A stretch of 64,000 nucleotides of DNA from a virus, in IMG/VR virus record IMGVR_UViG_3300025015_000001; one strand, written 5' to 3'. Positions 48,652-57,140 of this stretch are shown piece by piece. The stretch's first letter is position 1. Every line of letters begins with the position of its first letter. A program made the translations under genes and the position numbers. The notes beneath the pieces were generated by a model. The model was not told the origin of the DNA, made no database searches, and was given only the letters and a program-made list of their open reading frames with translations.

Positions 48652-49155
48652 ATGAGTAAGTTATTTTTTGATATATTTGACATACCTTATATTAGATTGG
48701 TAGCAAGTAAAACTAAATTAGCCGTCCATCCAGACTACATAGATAGAATCAATAAGTTACCCACCGATAGCCAATATAATAAGTTACTTGAATTTACAGA
48801 AAGCTTACTATTAGTCGAAGAGTCAGCATTTCCAAATTTAGAAGAAGAAGTAAAGAGACGACTGAGAGAGCAAGAGCATGATTCAGGTGGAACGTATAGT
48901 TCGAAAATTTATGAAATGATACCCAAAGCTATTAGGGAGCTTAAAAAGAGACATCCAGAAAAAGTAGAAGTAGTTAAATCAGAAGAAGAAAAAAAACTAG
49001 AGCAAGAGCAGATAAAAGAATTTTATGAGAACGTTAAGTCTAAAGAAGGGATCCCCGATTTGTCTTGGCCAGAACAATTTAAGAAAATGATAACAGAAAA
49101 AGAATCTTGCAAATTACCAAGTAAGTATAGACAAATTTTAAATAATAGGAGGTGA
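48652..49155 (+). CDS. Hypothetical, putative head-associated protein
   Basis: 167 aa; RLVAS/KTKLA junction-like motifs. Confidence 0.6.
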   Translation: MSKLFFDIFDIPYIRLVASKTKLAVHPDYIDRINKLPTDSQYNKLLEFTESLLLVEESAFPNLEEEVKRRLREQEHDSGGTYSSKIYEMIPKAIRELKKRHPEKVEVVKSEEEKKLEQEQIKEFYENVKSKEGIPDLSWPEQFKKMITEKESCKLPSKYRQILNNRR

Positions 49156-49286
49156 TGCAGATAGTACAGAAGTAATTTCACCATTATGTAACCATGCATA
49201 ATGAGGCACAGAAGTATTGGCTAGATGTACCTAGTGACATAGTGTCACAAGAGCTTGTCATATAAGTATGACATCTCCTAACTTAT
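49141..49286 (+). ncRNA. Putative closed multi-stem RNA upstream of a PLMP/RRXRR-like domain
   Basis: Closing stem TAGGAG/CTCCTA, perfect hairpins 49182-49203, 49234-49248, 49256-49273, and direct repeat ACAGAAGTA. Confidence 0.6.
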
Positions 49287-49300
49287 TAACAAAAGAATAA

Positions 49301-50194
49301 GTGAATACAATTATAGTAATAAATGATGATAATCAGATTATCTCCAAAACTACATCCGCGATGGCTAGGAAATTATTAGCCAAGAAAGATGCTGTTGTAG
49401 TTTCTAGGAATCCGTTCATTATTCAATTATTAAAATATGCTTCGTTTATTCCAATCAAGGAGACTTTTAAAATGGAACCAAGAAATTTAATGACTTTAAT
49501 TAAGAACGAAGAACCTATCTACCTCTTGAATCTCAAAGCCGATGGGCAAATAACAATGCACTTTAGGACGCTCTACGGAGAGCCTAAGCCATTCAGAGTA
49601 CCAAAAGGCTCCCTCCCTGTCAATATAAGTGATGAGTACACATACGAGGAGCTTAAGAATTTTACTGATCTTAGGAGAGTAATTTCTAAGGGATGGGTTC
49701 GTGTCATGAATCAGGAAGATAGGGATGCATTCCTATTGAGGAGAAGCTCCTCATCAAAGAAGTCTTTAGATAAGATAAAAGAAGAAACGGACAAAGCACA
49801 AAGAATGACTACAGCAGAACTTAAGGCTGAAAGAGTTACCGGAGAAGAACTAGAAGAAATGCGGCGTACCAAGGAAGCTATGGAAAAGGTAGAAATGGAT
49901 TCAATTGTCAGACCAAGAATTATAGGCCTATGTCAGAGATTAAGTAAAGACTCAGACAATCCTATCGATCCAATGGAAGCCCTAGAGGAATTGGAACTAC
50001 TCGCCCCAACAGAAGATGAGTCTAACTATATTTTAACCCATTCTGGTGGTAATGCTATAATTAAGAAATGGGTGTTAGCAAAACAGATTGACGGACTTGA
50101 GGAATCAGAAATAGAGGCAGCAATCGTAGTCTCAGAAATTTCAGATAAAAAAGTCCGACCGAAAATAAAAACTAAGAAATCTACCAAAAAATAA
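49301..50194 (+). CDS. N-terminal RRXRR/PLMP-like domain in frame with a hypothetical protein (internal start 49472)
   Basis: IIVINDDNQIISKTTSAMARKLLAKKDAVVVSRNPFIIQL; AAGGAG before ATG 49472. Confidence 0.65.
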   Translation: MNTIIVINDDNQIISKTTSAMARKLLAKKDAVVVSRNPFIIQLLKYASFIPIKETFKMEPRNLMTLIKNEEPIYLLNLKADGQITMHFRTLYGEPKPFRVPKGSLPVNISDEYTYEELKNFTDLRRVISKGWVRVMNQEDRDAFLLRRSSSSKKSLDKIKEETDKAQRMTTAELKAERVTGEELEEMRRTKEAMEKVEMDSIVRPRIIGLCQRLSKDSDNPIDPMEALEELELLAPTEDESNYILTHSGGNAIIKKWVLAKQIDGLEESEIEAAIVVSEISDKKVRPKIKTKKSTKK

Positions 50195-50241
50195 ATTATT
50201 TTCACTTTTTGAAAATTTTTTAAAAACTATTGTGTTATAAT
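50195..50241 (+). promoter_or_regulatory. Phage-specific promoter motif
   Basis: ATTATTTTCACTTTTTGAAAATTTTTTAAAAACTATTGTGTTATAAT. Confidence 0.75.
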
Positions 50242-50258
50242 ATTATTAATTCCTAAAT

Positions 50259-50310
50259 AAGGAAGAGCGTGGACAATTTTGATAGTTGGTTCCTACTCTT
50301 CCTTTTTTAT
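50259..50310 (+). terminator. Terminator-like hairpin in a 5' leader
   Basis: AAGGAAGAG...CTCTTCCTT followed by TTTTATTT, directly after the promoter. Confidence 0.6.
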
Positions 50311-50338
50311 TTTAGCCATTAAAATATGAGGGTAAATA

Positions 50339-50977
50339 ATGAGCAATTACAATAGCAAATCTGTTAAAAGAGTATTACAAAAAACTACATATGCAGTAGT
50401 AGTAACTGGAGACGTGTCTTCACCACACACCACATTCACTGCTGTAGCCACGGCTGGCAGTATATTTAATTCTGTTGACAACTATTACGTAGGAGACACT
50501 GCATACTTTACATCTACTCCTGGGGCATCTGGATTAGTTGGTAAAAGTAGTACTATAACAAGCTATAATGCTACTACTGGGGAATTTACAATAGAGGACG
50601 TAGGTGTTGATATAGCAAATGCTGCAACATTTTCTATATATGATACTGTAAAGGAGCTAGATAATTTTCATTCTAGTCCATTTAGTAATTTATCAATATT
50701 AATTCAGCCGATGGATATAACTACGTACAGTTATAGTATTTTATATGGAGACGAAGCTCAGCAATCTGGTGCAGTAACTAGTGCGAAAGAAATGGTCACC
50801 TACACGGATAATATACAAACGTTCCCAGCCAGTCAAAAAAATTCTAATTGGGCATTTCAAGATCATGGGGGTATTATAGTTGAATATCCTATTTATGTTA
50901 AGATTGTGCATAAAGCAGATAAAAAAGTAGTCTATAATATTGCAGTTAATAGTCAAACATTAAGTTCCATAATTTAA
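50339..50977 (+). CDS. Putative virion structural protein
   Basis: Thr/Ser-rich beta protein. Confidence 0.6.
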   Translation: MSNYNSKSVKRVLQKTTYAVVVTGDVSSPHTTFTAVATAGSIFNSVDNYYVGDTAYFTSTPGASGLVGKSSTITSYNATTGEFTIEDVGVDIANAATFSIYDTVKELDNFHSSPFSNLSILIQPMDITTYSYSILYGDEAQQSGAVTSAKEMVTYTDNIQTFPASQKNSNWAFQDHGGIIVEYPIYVKIVHKADKKVVYNIAVNSQTLSSII

Positions 50978-50987
50978 GGTAAGTTAA

Positions 50988-51569
50988 TTGTCCGAAAATA
51001 AGTTTCAAACTAAGACTAATAGTATAGCACAGATTTGTTATCAAGATAGTAATGATGACTGGATTCCTGTAACCGAAACATCACCATTACCTGTGCAAGG
51101 CACATCTATAGGAGTACCACTCAGTATTCGTATTGTGGGGGACGACGGTAATGCTGTAGATATTATATAAAGAATAGATGGATCCTACGCTTTAAAAGTA
51201 GATACAGAATTATCTGTTACTGTTGATAATCTAACTATAAGTAATATAGATGTTGGTCATGATGGAACTAACCTAACTAAGTTAGCTACAACCTCTGGTG
51301 TAGCAGGAACTAATTACTTAAAAATAGTCAATCCTGATGGGAGTTTAGTTACAGATATAAGACAGCTTACTATTGGGGATAAAATATCTATATATGGTGC
51401 AGACTACACAGAAACTTCTAAAGAAATAAAAACAACTGTAGATGGGAATATAGATGTTGTTTCAACAGAATTGTTCGCTTTATTTAGTGATATATTAAAA
51501 GAGCTTAAAAAAATTAATCTGCAATTAGCGTTTATTACGGATAATATAGTTACCAATGCAGAAATATAA
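50988..51569 (+). pseudogene. Virion-like gene with one in-frame TAA (51168-51170)
   Basis: Frame continues ...NAVDII*RIDGSYALKVDTEL... for 132 further codons. Confidence 0.75.
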
Positions 51570-51578
51570 GGATAAAAT

Positions 51579-52136
51579 ATGCCGGATATAATACTAGATG
51601 GTAGAGGAAAGGGGAATTTTAGGGCGGGGGTTAACGAAGAGAATCAATTATTAACACTCTCCACTACAATAGCACATCAACATTTTAGTGCTCATAGAAA
51701 AAGAACTTTTTTTACGATAGTACGTCAGACACCTTCTGCCCCTAATACACCGTTCCTTTACATAAAAAATAATTCTGTTTTACATGATATGACAATCTGG
51801 TCAGTTAGGTTTAAGGTAAACTCAGTAGAGACAATAGAGATGCACGGCCCAATAGTAGGAACTGTATCCGGAAGTACTGTAACACCTGTTAATGTGTATA
51901 TAGGGAGTGGTGTCGTTGCAGATGCTACGACCTTAAGTGCTAACGCTTTAACAGGTATCACAAGTAGTGGTACTCTTATTAGACGTTACTCAGTCCCAGC
52001 AGACAATTTGACTCATGAATTTCAGTTAATGTCAGGTATTATAATACCACAAGGAACTGCCATAGCCTATTATGCTGTTAGCGGTAGCATTCAGATAGAC
52101 ATAGATATAACTTTAGATTTTCATTTGCCCTTATAA
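51579..52136 (+). CDS. Putative virion protein (DG-x-G paralog 1)
   Basis: IILDGRGKG...AGVNEENQLLT. Confidence 0.65.
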   Translation: MPDIILDGRGKGNFRAGVNEENQLLTLSTTIAHQHFSAHRKRTFFTIVRQTPSAPNTPFLYIKNNSVLHDMTIWSVRFKVNSVETIEMHGPIVGTVSGSTVTPVNVYIGSGVVADATTLSANALTGITSSGTLIRRYSVPADNLTHEFQLMSGIIIPQGTAIAYYAVSGSIQIDIDITLDFHLPL

Positions 52137-52148
52137 GGAGTTTTAAGT

Positions 52149-52718
52149 ATGGGATTTACTATAGAGGATGGTACTGGTAAGGAAGGTTCGGCGAAAGTTC
52201 GTAATAATAGATTATATACTTTTGCTCTGATTGAAACTCCTATGGAAAAATTTGGTACATTGGGCGATGCTTTTTGGATAGCTACAGACTTTGTTAGTCT
52301 AACTACTACAGCAAGTTTCTCGGGTATTTTTTATTTAAAAAATATACATGTTAGTAAACAGTTGCATGTGGCTTTTTGGAGACAAAGTAGTTCTGTCACT
52401 GCTCAGTGGAGGGTTTTAAAAAATCCAACCGGAGGAACTCTAATTTCTGGAGGTACAGATATAGTACCAGAAAATTCTAATTTCTCGAGTGGCAAAACAG
52501 CAATCGCAACTATTAAAAAAGGCTCGGACGCACAAACAATTACAGGGGGAAGTTTACTAGGGCAGCATACGACTTCCGCTTATGCAGCCCTGCACTTACC
52601 TAATGATGGGGCCATAACTCTTATGACAGGTAATTCTATAGCGATAGAATGTAAACCAACAGCAGCAGCAGCCGTAGGATTGACTATGACTATATGGTTT
52701 GAAGATCCAGAAGAATAG
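52149..52718 (+). CDS. Putative virion protein (DG-x-G paralog 2)
   Basis: IEDGTGKEGSAKVRNNRLYT. Confidence 0.65.
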   Translation: MGFTIEDGTGKEGSAKVRNNRLYTFALIETPMEKFGTLGDAFWIATDFVSLTTTASFSGIFYLKNIHVSKQLHVAFWRQSSSVTAQWRVLKNPTGGTLISGGTDIVPENSNFSSGKTAIATIKKGSDAQTITGGSLLGQHTTSAYAALHLPNDGAITLMTGNSIAIECKPTAAAAVGLTMTIWFEDPEE

Positions 52719-52728
52719 GTGCCTAAAA

Positions 52729-53373
52729 GTGCTTACTAGTCATATAGGTGATGGGACAGGTACTAATGAAAAGGTAAAAGTTTCTGAGGAGTCGTTACAT
52801 GTTGTAGCTCTACCTTACCCACCATTTAAAGAACAAAAGATTTTACCATTACGCCAGTATCTAACTACAGATGGAACTCCATCCGGTTCTAATAATATGG
52901 TTGTGGTAGGTAGTGGTGCAGCTCCCATATCTTTTTATATAAAAGCACATGAGCATTATGATAGATATATAACAAACTTATCTGTACTAATAGCAGACGC
53001 TGGTGCAGTATTAAGTCAATTCGGTTCTTTACCAGTATTAACAAATGGATGTAGAGTTTATTATGAACGTAATTCAGGAATTGTAGAATTACATGAGGGA
53101 ATAAAAACTAATTTTGAATTTTTAAGGTTTGCATTATTTCAACCTGCATTTGGTACGGGGTCTAATGCTTTTCAAGTAACAAATGTTATAGGCACAAGCG
53201 AGTCATACATGCCAGTTATAGAATTAAGTAAACTGGTTCCTCCATTTGGTGTAAAGTTAGATGCAGGAACTACACAAAAATTGGTTATAGAGATACGAGA
53301 TAATTTAACAGGTATGGACGCTCTCAATGTTATTGCTTACGGTTTTGATAGATTTAAGAAAATAGAAGGATAG
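52729..53373 (+). CDS. Putative virion protein (DG-x-G paralog 3)
   Basis: GTG 52729 with AGGTG; IGDGTGTNEKVKVSEESLHV. Confidence 0.65.
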   Translation: MLTSHIGDGTGTNEKVKVSEESLHVVALPYPPFKEQKILPLRQYLTTDGTPSGSNNMVVVGSGAAPISFYIKAHEHYDRYITNLSVLIADAGAVLSQFGSLPVLTNGCRVYYERNSGIVELHEGIKTNFEFLRFALFQPAFGTGSNAFQVTNVIGTSESYMPVIELSKLVPPFGVKLDAGTTQKLVIEIRDNLTGMDALNVIAYGFDRFKKIEG

Positions 53374-53416
53374 AACGCATTGTGAACGAATATAAATTAA
53401 ATTCATGAGGGTATAA

Positions 53417-53785
53417 ATGAGAAAATTATTTTTAGTGTTTATTTTTTTTATATTTTTACTTTCTACCTCTTACGCTGGAATAATTACACTCTCATGGACC
53501 GCGCCAATTACAAACACAGATGGACTTCCCCTAACCAATCTTGCCGGGTTTAAAATTTATTATGGGAGCGGTTCTGGACAGTATACTAGTGTAGTAAATG
53601 TTGGTAATGTTACATCATACGTACTTAATCTATCACAGGGAACATATTATTTTGCAGTAACTGCGTACAACACATCAGGAAATGAGAGTGTTTATTCTAA
53701 TGAGGTTCTCAAGGTAGTGGGTGAATCTATTCCATCACCCCCATCTAATTTGGTTGGTGTAGTTACAGGGGTAAGCATTCTATGA
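53417..53785 (+). CDS. Exported fibronectin type III domain protein
   Basis: Signal peptide; LSWTAP...GFKIYYG...YYFAVTAYN..GNES.YSNEV. Confidence 0.85.
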   Translation: MRKLFLVFIFFIFLLSTSYAGIITLSWTAPITNTDGLPLTNLAGFKIYYGSGSGQYTSVVNVGNVTSYVLNLSQGTYYFAVTAYNTSGNESVYSNEVLKVVGESIPSPPSNLVGVVTGVSIL

Positions 53786-54138
53786 AAATACTTAGTATAT
53801 TTATATCCTTAATAGTATTATATTCTTGTGGGGGTAATACACCACCAAGTTCCCCAACTATCAGCACCATAACTAAGATATCATGGAATTCATTTACTAA
53901 AAATGACGATGGCTCTCTAGCACAGATAGATGGGTATAAAGTTATATGCACTAATGAAAATAATGTGACAATTACGGGAGTGGGTACTGTGACAGAGATT
54001 TATTTATCCATGTTAGCATTGCCTAATAATGGGCAATGGTGCTGTGGTGTAATAGCTTATAATCAATTTTCTGAAACTAGAATGTCAGAGAAAGCTTGTT
54101 TTTTAAAAAAATATTGGTCATTCACCAAATCTAGCTGA
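53782..54138 (+). CDS. Lipoprotein with FN3-like domain
   Basis: Lipobox-like LYSC-GG; ISW...DGYKV...GVIAYN. Confidence 0.7.
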   Translation: MKILSIFISLIVLYSCGGNTPPSSPTISTITKISWNSFTKNDDGSLAQIDGYKVICTNENNVTITGVGTVTEIYLSMLALPNNGQWCCGVIAYNQFSETRMSEKACFLKKYWSFTKSS

Positions 54139-54255
54139 AGCAACATTACAGAATAAGTACGTAATGAAATATCTAATATGTTTCTAAATCTATACTTAAA
54201 ATTCTCCCTATTTATGGTTTTTTAAACAGCAATTATAATAAAATTATTAAAGTGT

Positions 54256-54909
54256 ATGTTTAGGGGGGCATATAGCGTGACTCTTGCAGAAAGTATACAT
54301 CTAGTTAAAGTAATTCAACCTGGTGATATTCTCGTTGTCAATACCGATAATAGCATTATTTCCATAATGATTCAAAAATATGAACATAGCTTAGACAGGG
54401 ACAAATTTTTTATTTATGCTAACCACGTAGTACAGGTCTATGACAAAAGACTTTGTTTAGATCAGATGTTTCCTATATCTAAGTTTGACAATTTTGTAAA
54501 GTATCTTAACAAAAATCATCAAATAGCTATAATTAGACCTAATTTTACAACACAAGAACTGGAGAAATGTCAGTCACTTATGTTAAAGGCTAATGGAACA
54601 GTTTACAATATATTACAAATAATAGGTTTTTGTTTTTGTTGGGCTTCTATAAAAATTTTTAGATATCAAATAGAGAACTATTTTGATATTAAAAAAGCAG
54701 ACATTTGTAGTTCGGCTATCTTAAGAAGACTTATTGTAGTAGATAAAAGATTTAATATTGTGGAAAATGAATTCCATAAAGATGAGGGGCTAGTTACCCC
54801 TCAAGATTTTTTACGTGCAGTAAATTTAAATAATAATTTTAAATTTATATATGGTACTGGTAAATTCTTAAACATAGGAGGGCAACGTGTCAGAGGCAGA
54901 GTTAATTAA
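54256..54909 (+). CDS. Permuted papain-like (YiiX/YebB-type NlpC/P60) enzyme
   Basis: QPGDIL...NHV...YN...ICSS...TPQDF. Confidence 0.7.
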   Translation: MFRGAYSVTLAESIHLVKVIQPGDILVVNTDNSIISIMIQKYEHSLDRDKFFIYANHVVQVYDKRLCLDQMFPISKFDNFVKYLNKNHQIAIIRPNFTTQELEKCQSLMLKANGTVYNILQIIGFCFCWASIKIFRYQIENYFDIKKADICSSAILRRLIVVDKRFNIVENEFHKDEGLVTPQDFLRAVNLNNNFKFIYGTGKFLNIGGQRVRGRVN

Positions 54910-55294
54910 AAAAGTTGCTGTCCTAGAGGTACTTGTAGAGGGTATCAGAAAAGATATTGATAGGGTGGAAAAAAATTTTGATAGTATAAGTAGTGACTTG
55001 TCTTTATATAAAGAAGATTTACGGAGTGTAATACTACAATTTAAAGGCGTAATGAGCCAAATATCAGATTACTCCGTTCAGATTAAAGAAATTGAGGCTA
55101 AGTTAAGACTATCAGATGATAGGTTGGATGATTGTGAACAGGATAGAAAAAGTTCAGATCTAATACGATTTGTCAAAGACAATCCAGCTAAGTCCTTGCA
55201 AATAACATTGATAGTACTAGTGTTTATTTTCTCATATATATTTGTTAGTGCACCACTTAAAGCTATACTGTTAAAATTATTAGGGATGGGGTAA
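54887..55294 (+). CDS. Coiled-coil protein with C-terminal TM (holin-like)
   Basis: Long heptad repeat then ITLIVLVFIFSYIFVSA; upstream of the endolysin. Confidence 0.55.
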   Translation: MSEAELIKKVAVLEVLVEGIRKDIDRVEKNFDSISSDLSLYKEDLRSVILQFKGVMSQISDYSVQIKEIEAKLRLSDDRLDDCEQDRKSSDLIRFVKDNPAKSLQITLIVLVFIFSYIFVSAPLKAILLKLLGMG

Positions 55295-55295
55295 T

Positions 55296-55649
55296 ATGTG
55301 TTCTACGTGGATTCTGGAATCAAATGATTTTTATTCAAGCTATAATAAAAAATTACTGGATGATTATCCTGATGTACAATCAGAAGAGTTGAATCCAATA
55401 GAAGCGTTAAAAAAAATAGAACTGGGAGCTTTTCCGGACGTTGTAGTATTAGACACAATTCTTCCATTTATAGATGGAAAGAAGTTAATGTCTATTATAA
55501 AAAAAGCTAATCCGAAAGTAGAATTTATAATTATGGCGGATATGGAAGAGCATAGAACAGATATGCGTAATACACATATCTTACCTAAACCATTTTTTGT
55601 ATCTGAATTTAGAAAAATATTTACTGCTGTTAAGAAAAAAATTAAATAA
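55296..55649 (+). CDS. Stand-alone response-regulator receiver (CheY-like) domain
   Basis: EALKKI...PDVVVLDTILPFIDG...IIMAD...LPKPF. Confidence 0.85.
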   Translation: MCSTWILESNDFYSSYNKKLLDDYPDVQSEELNPIEALKKIELGAFPDVVVLDTILPFIDGKKLMSIIKKANPKVEFIIMADMEEHRTDMRNTHILPKPFFVSEFRKIFTAVKKKIK

Positions 55650-55685
55650 CAGGCGTGGGCTCCAAAGTACTAAAAAGAGGATACT

Positions 55686-56162
55686 ATGGCAAGTAGAAAT
55701 TTAGAGGACTTAACTCCGGAATTGCAAAGTAAGTGTATCTTATTGAAAGAAGCTGCTAACAAAGTAGGTTTAGATTTTATTGTAACATGCACTGCTAGAA
55801 CATTTAAAGAACAGGTAGCTCTATATGCCCAGGGACGGCAGTTATTAGAAGAAACAAATAAATTACGAAAAATAGCTAACCTTCCCGTGATAACAGCTAT
55901 AGAGAATAAGAAAAAAATAACTTGGACGTTAGCGTCCGAGCATATAGTAAATTTAGATGACAAGGATATTACTAATGATAAAGCTCGTGCTTTCGATATA
56001 GCTTTAGTAAAACCTGGTACTAGAGAAATATTCTGGAATGTCAAAGTTAATGTAAATAAAAATGATGTGCCTGATTATATGGAACTTGCTAAAATAGGCA
56101 GAGAGATAGGGCTTACTTGTGGTGCGTTCTGGGGCACTCCAGACTTTCCTCACTATCAGTAA
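55686..56162 (+). CDS. Endolysin, peptidase M15 (L-Ala-D-Glu type)
   Basis: SRNLEDL..., RTFKEQVALYAQGR, SEH, AFD, W..PDFPHYQ. Confidence 0.9.
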   Translation: MASRNLEDLTPELQSKCILLKEAANKVGLDFIVTCTARTFKEQVALYAQGRQLLEETNKLRKIANLPVITAIENKKKITWTLASEHIVNLDDKDITNDKARAFDIALVKPGTREIFWNVKVNVNKNDVPDYMELAKIGREIGLTCGAFWGTPDFPHYQ

Positions 56163-56171
56163 TCCCGATAA

Positions 56172-57125
56172 ATGTACAAGGTGATCATGGATACTAAACA
56201 ACTCATACTAACCAAAATTATTAATTCTCTAGTGGTCATATTTGTAACAGTTGGGGTGTTACTGTGGCTACAATACAACATCAAGAATTATTTTGATACT
56301 ACTAGTAAGACTAACTTGGCAAAAATAAGCGAATTAGAACAGCAAGTAAGTGAGCTTAAAAGATTTAATGATACAGCTATGGTGCAGTTGCAGCATACTA
56401 TTATGTCAGCAGAAGAACTAAAAAAAGAAACGAATAAGTTACTGACAGATGAAGTAAGAGCATATATAAAAAATAATAGTGAGCAAGTAAGTAGACTAAT
56501 AGATGCTAAGTTTAATTTTAAAGATCAAAAAGGAGAAGGGGAAGGTGAGATTAAAGAAACAAGATCCGAAGCGGGTGATGTTACTTCACGTATGTATACC
56601 TTTAGCGATAAGTATTTGGATTTTAATGTAGATACCTTAACTTCTGGAGCAGCATACACTATCAAACTTAGTAATATTCCATTAAGAGCTTTAATAGTGC
56701 AGACCGAGTTGCCTGATGGGCGTTTCAAAATTAATGACTATATAGTCCTAACTAGGATGGACACCGGGGAAGAGCTTTCTATTGAAAGCGCAGAAGTTAG
56801 GACAACTCTTAACAAAGATAAAACATTCATATATAGTTTGACTTCTCTAATAGGGATTGATTATGATAAGACCATTAATGCTAATGTTGGTGTTTCTTTG
56901 TTTAGCTATGGCAGAACATTACACCCTAAAGATACTGAGTACAGATTTTTGAATATAGGTATAAGCGGGAATAGAGAAAATATTGGTATATATTTTATAC
57001 CAATTACGTGGAATTTGGGTAGACTGCTTCCATTTATACAAGAAGCACAGATAGGTCCTGGTTATAAGTTTGAAATTACAAATAATGATAATTTATTTAC
57101 TATGGGTCTATTACATAATTTTTAA
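56172..57125 (+). CDS. Spanin-like envelope protein
   Basis: N-terminal TM, coiled coil, beta-strand-rich C-terminus ending in Phe; directly after the endolysin. Confidence 0.55.
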   Translation: MYKVIMDTKQLILTKIINSLVVIFVTVGVLLWLQYNIKNYFDTTSKTNLAKISELEQQVSELKRFNDTAMVQLQHTIMSAEELKKETNKLLTDEVRAYIKNNSEQVSRLIDAKFNFKDQKGEGEGEIKETRSEAGDVTSRMYTFSDKYLDFNVDTLTSGAAYTIKLSNIPLRALIVQTELPDGRFKINDYIVLTRMDTGEELSIESAEVRTTLNKDKTFIYSLTSLIGIDYDKTINANVGVSLFSYGRTLHPKDTEYRFLNIGISGNRENIGIYFIPITWNLGRLLPFIQEAQIGPGYKFEITNNDNLFTMGLLHNF

Positions 57126-57140
57126 AGAAGGGATTCTTAC

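Noticed and set aside
12164-50241. Archaeal TATA/BRE promoters (archaeal virus)
   Set aside because: TG-extended TATAAT, TTGACN-17 promoters, SD sites, HU and a peptidoglycan endolysin all indicate a bacterial host.
46722-51170. Genome-wide TAA recoding (alternative genetic code)
   Set aside because: TAA is the main stop of many clearly terminated genes here (hup, nrdJ, terS, decoration protein); two isolated cases fit mutation or error better.
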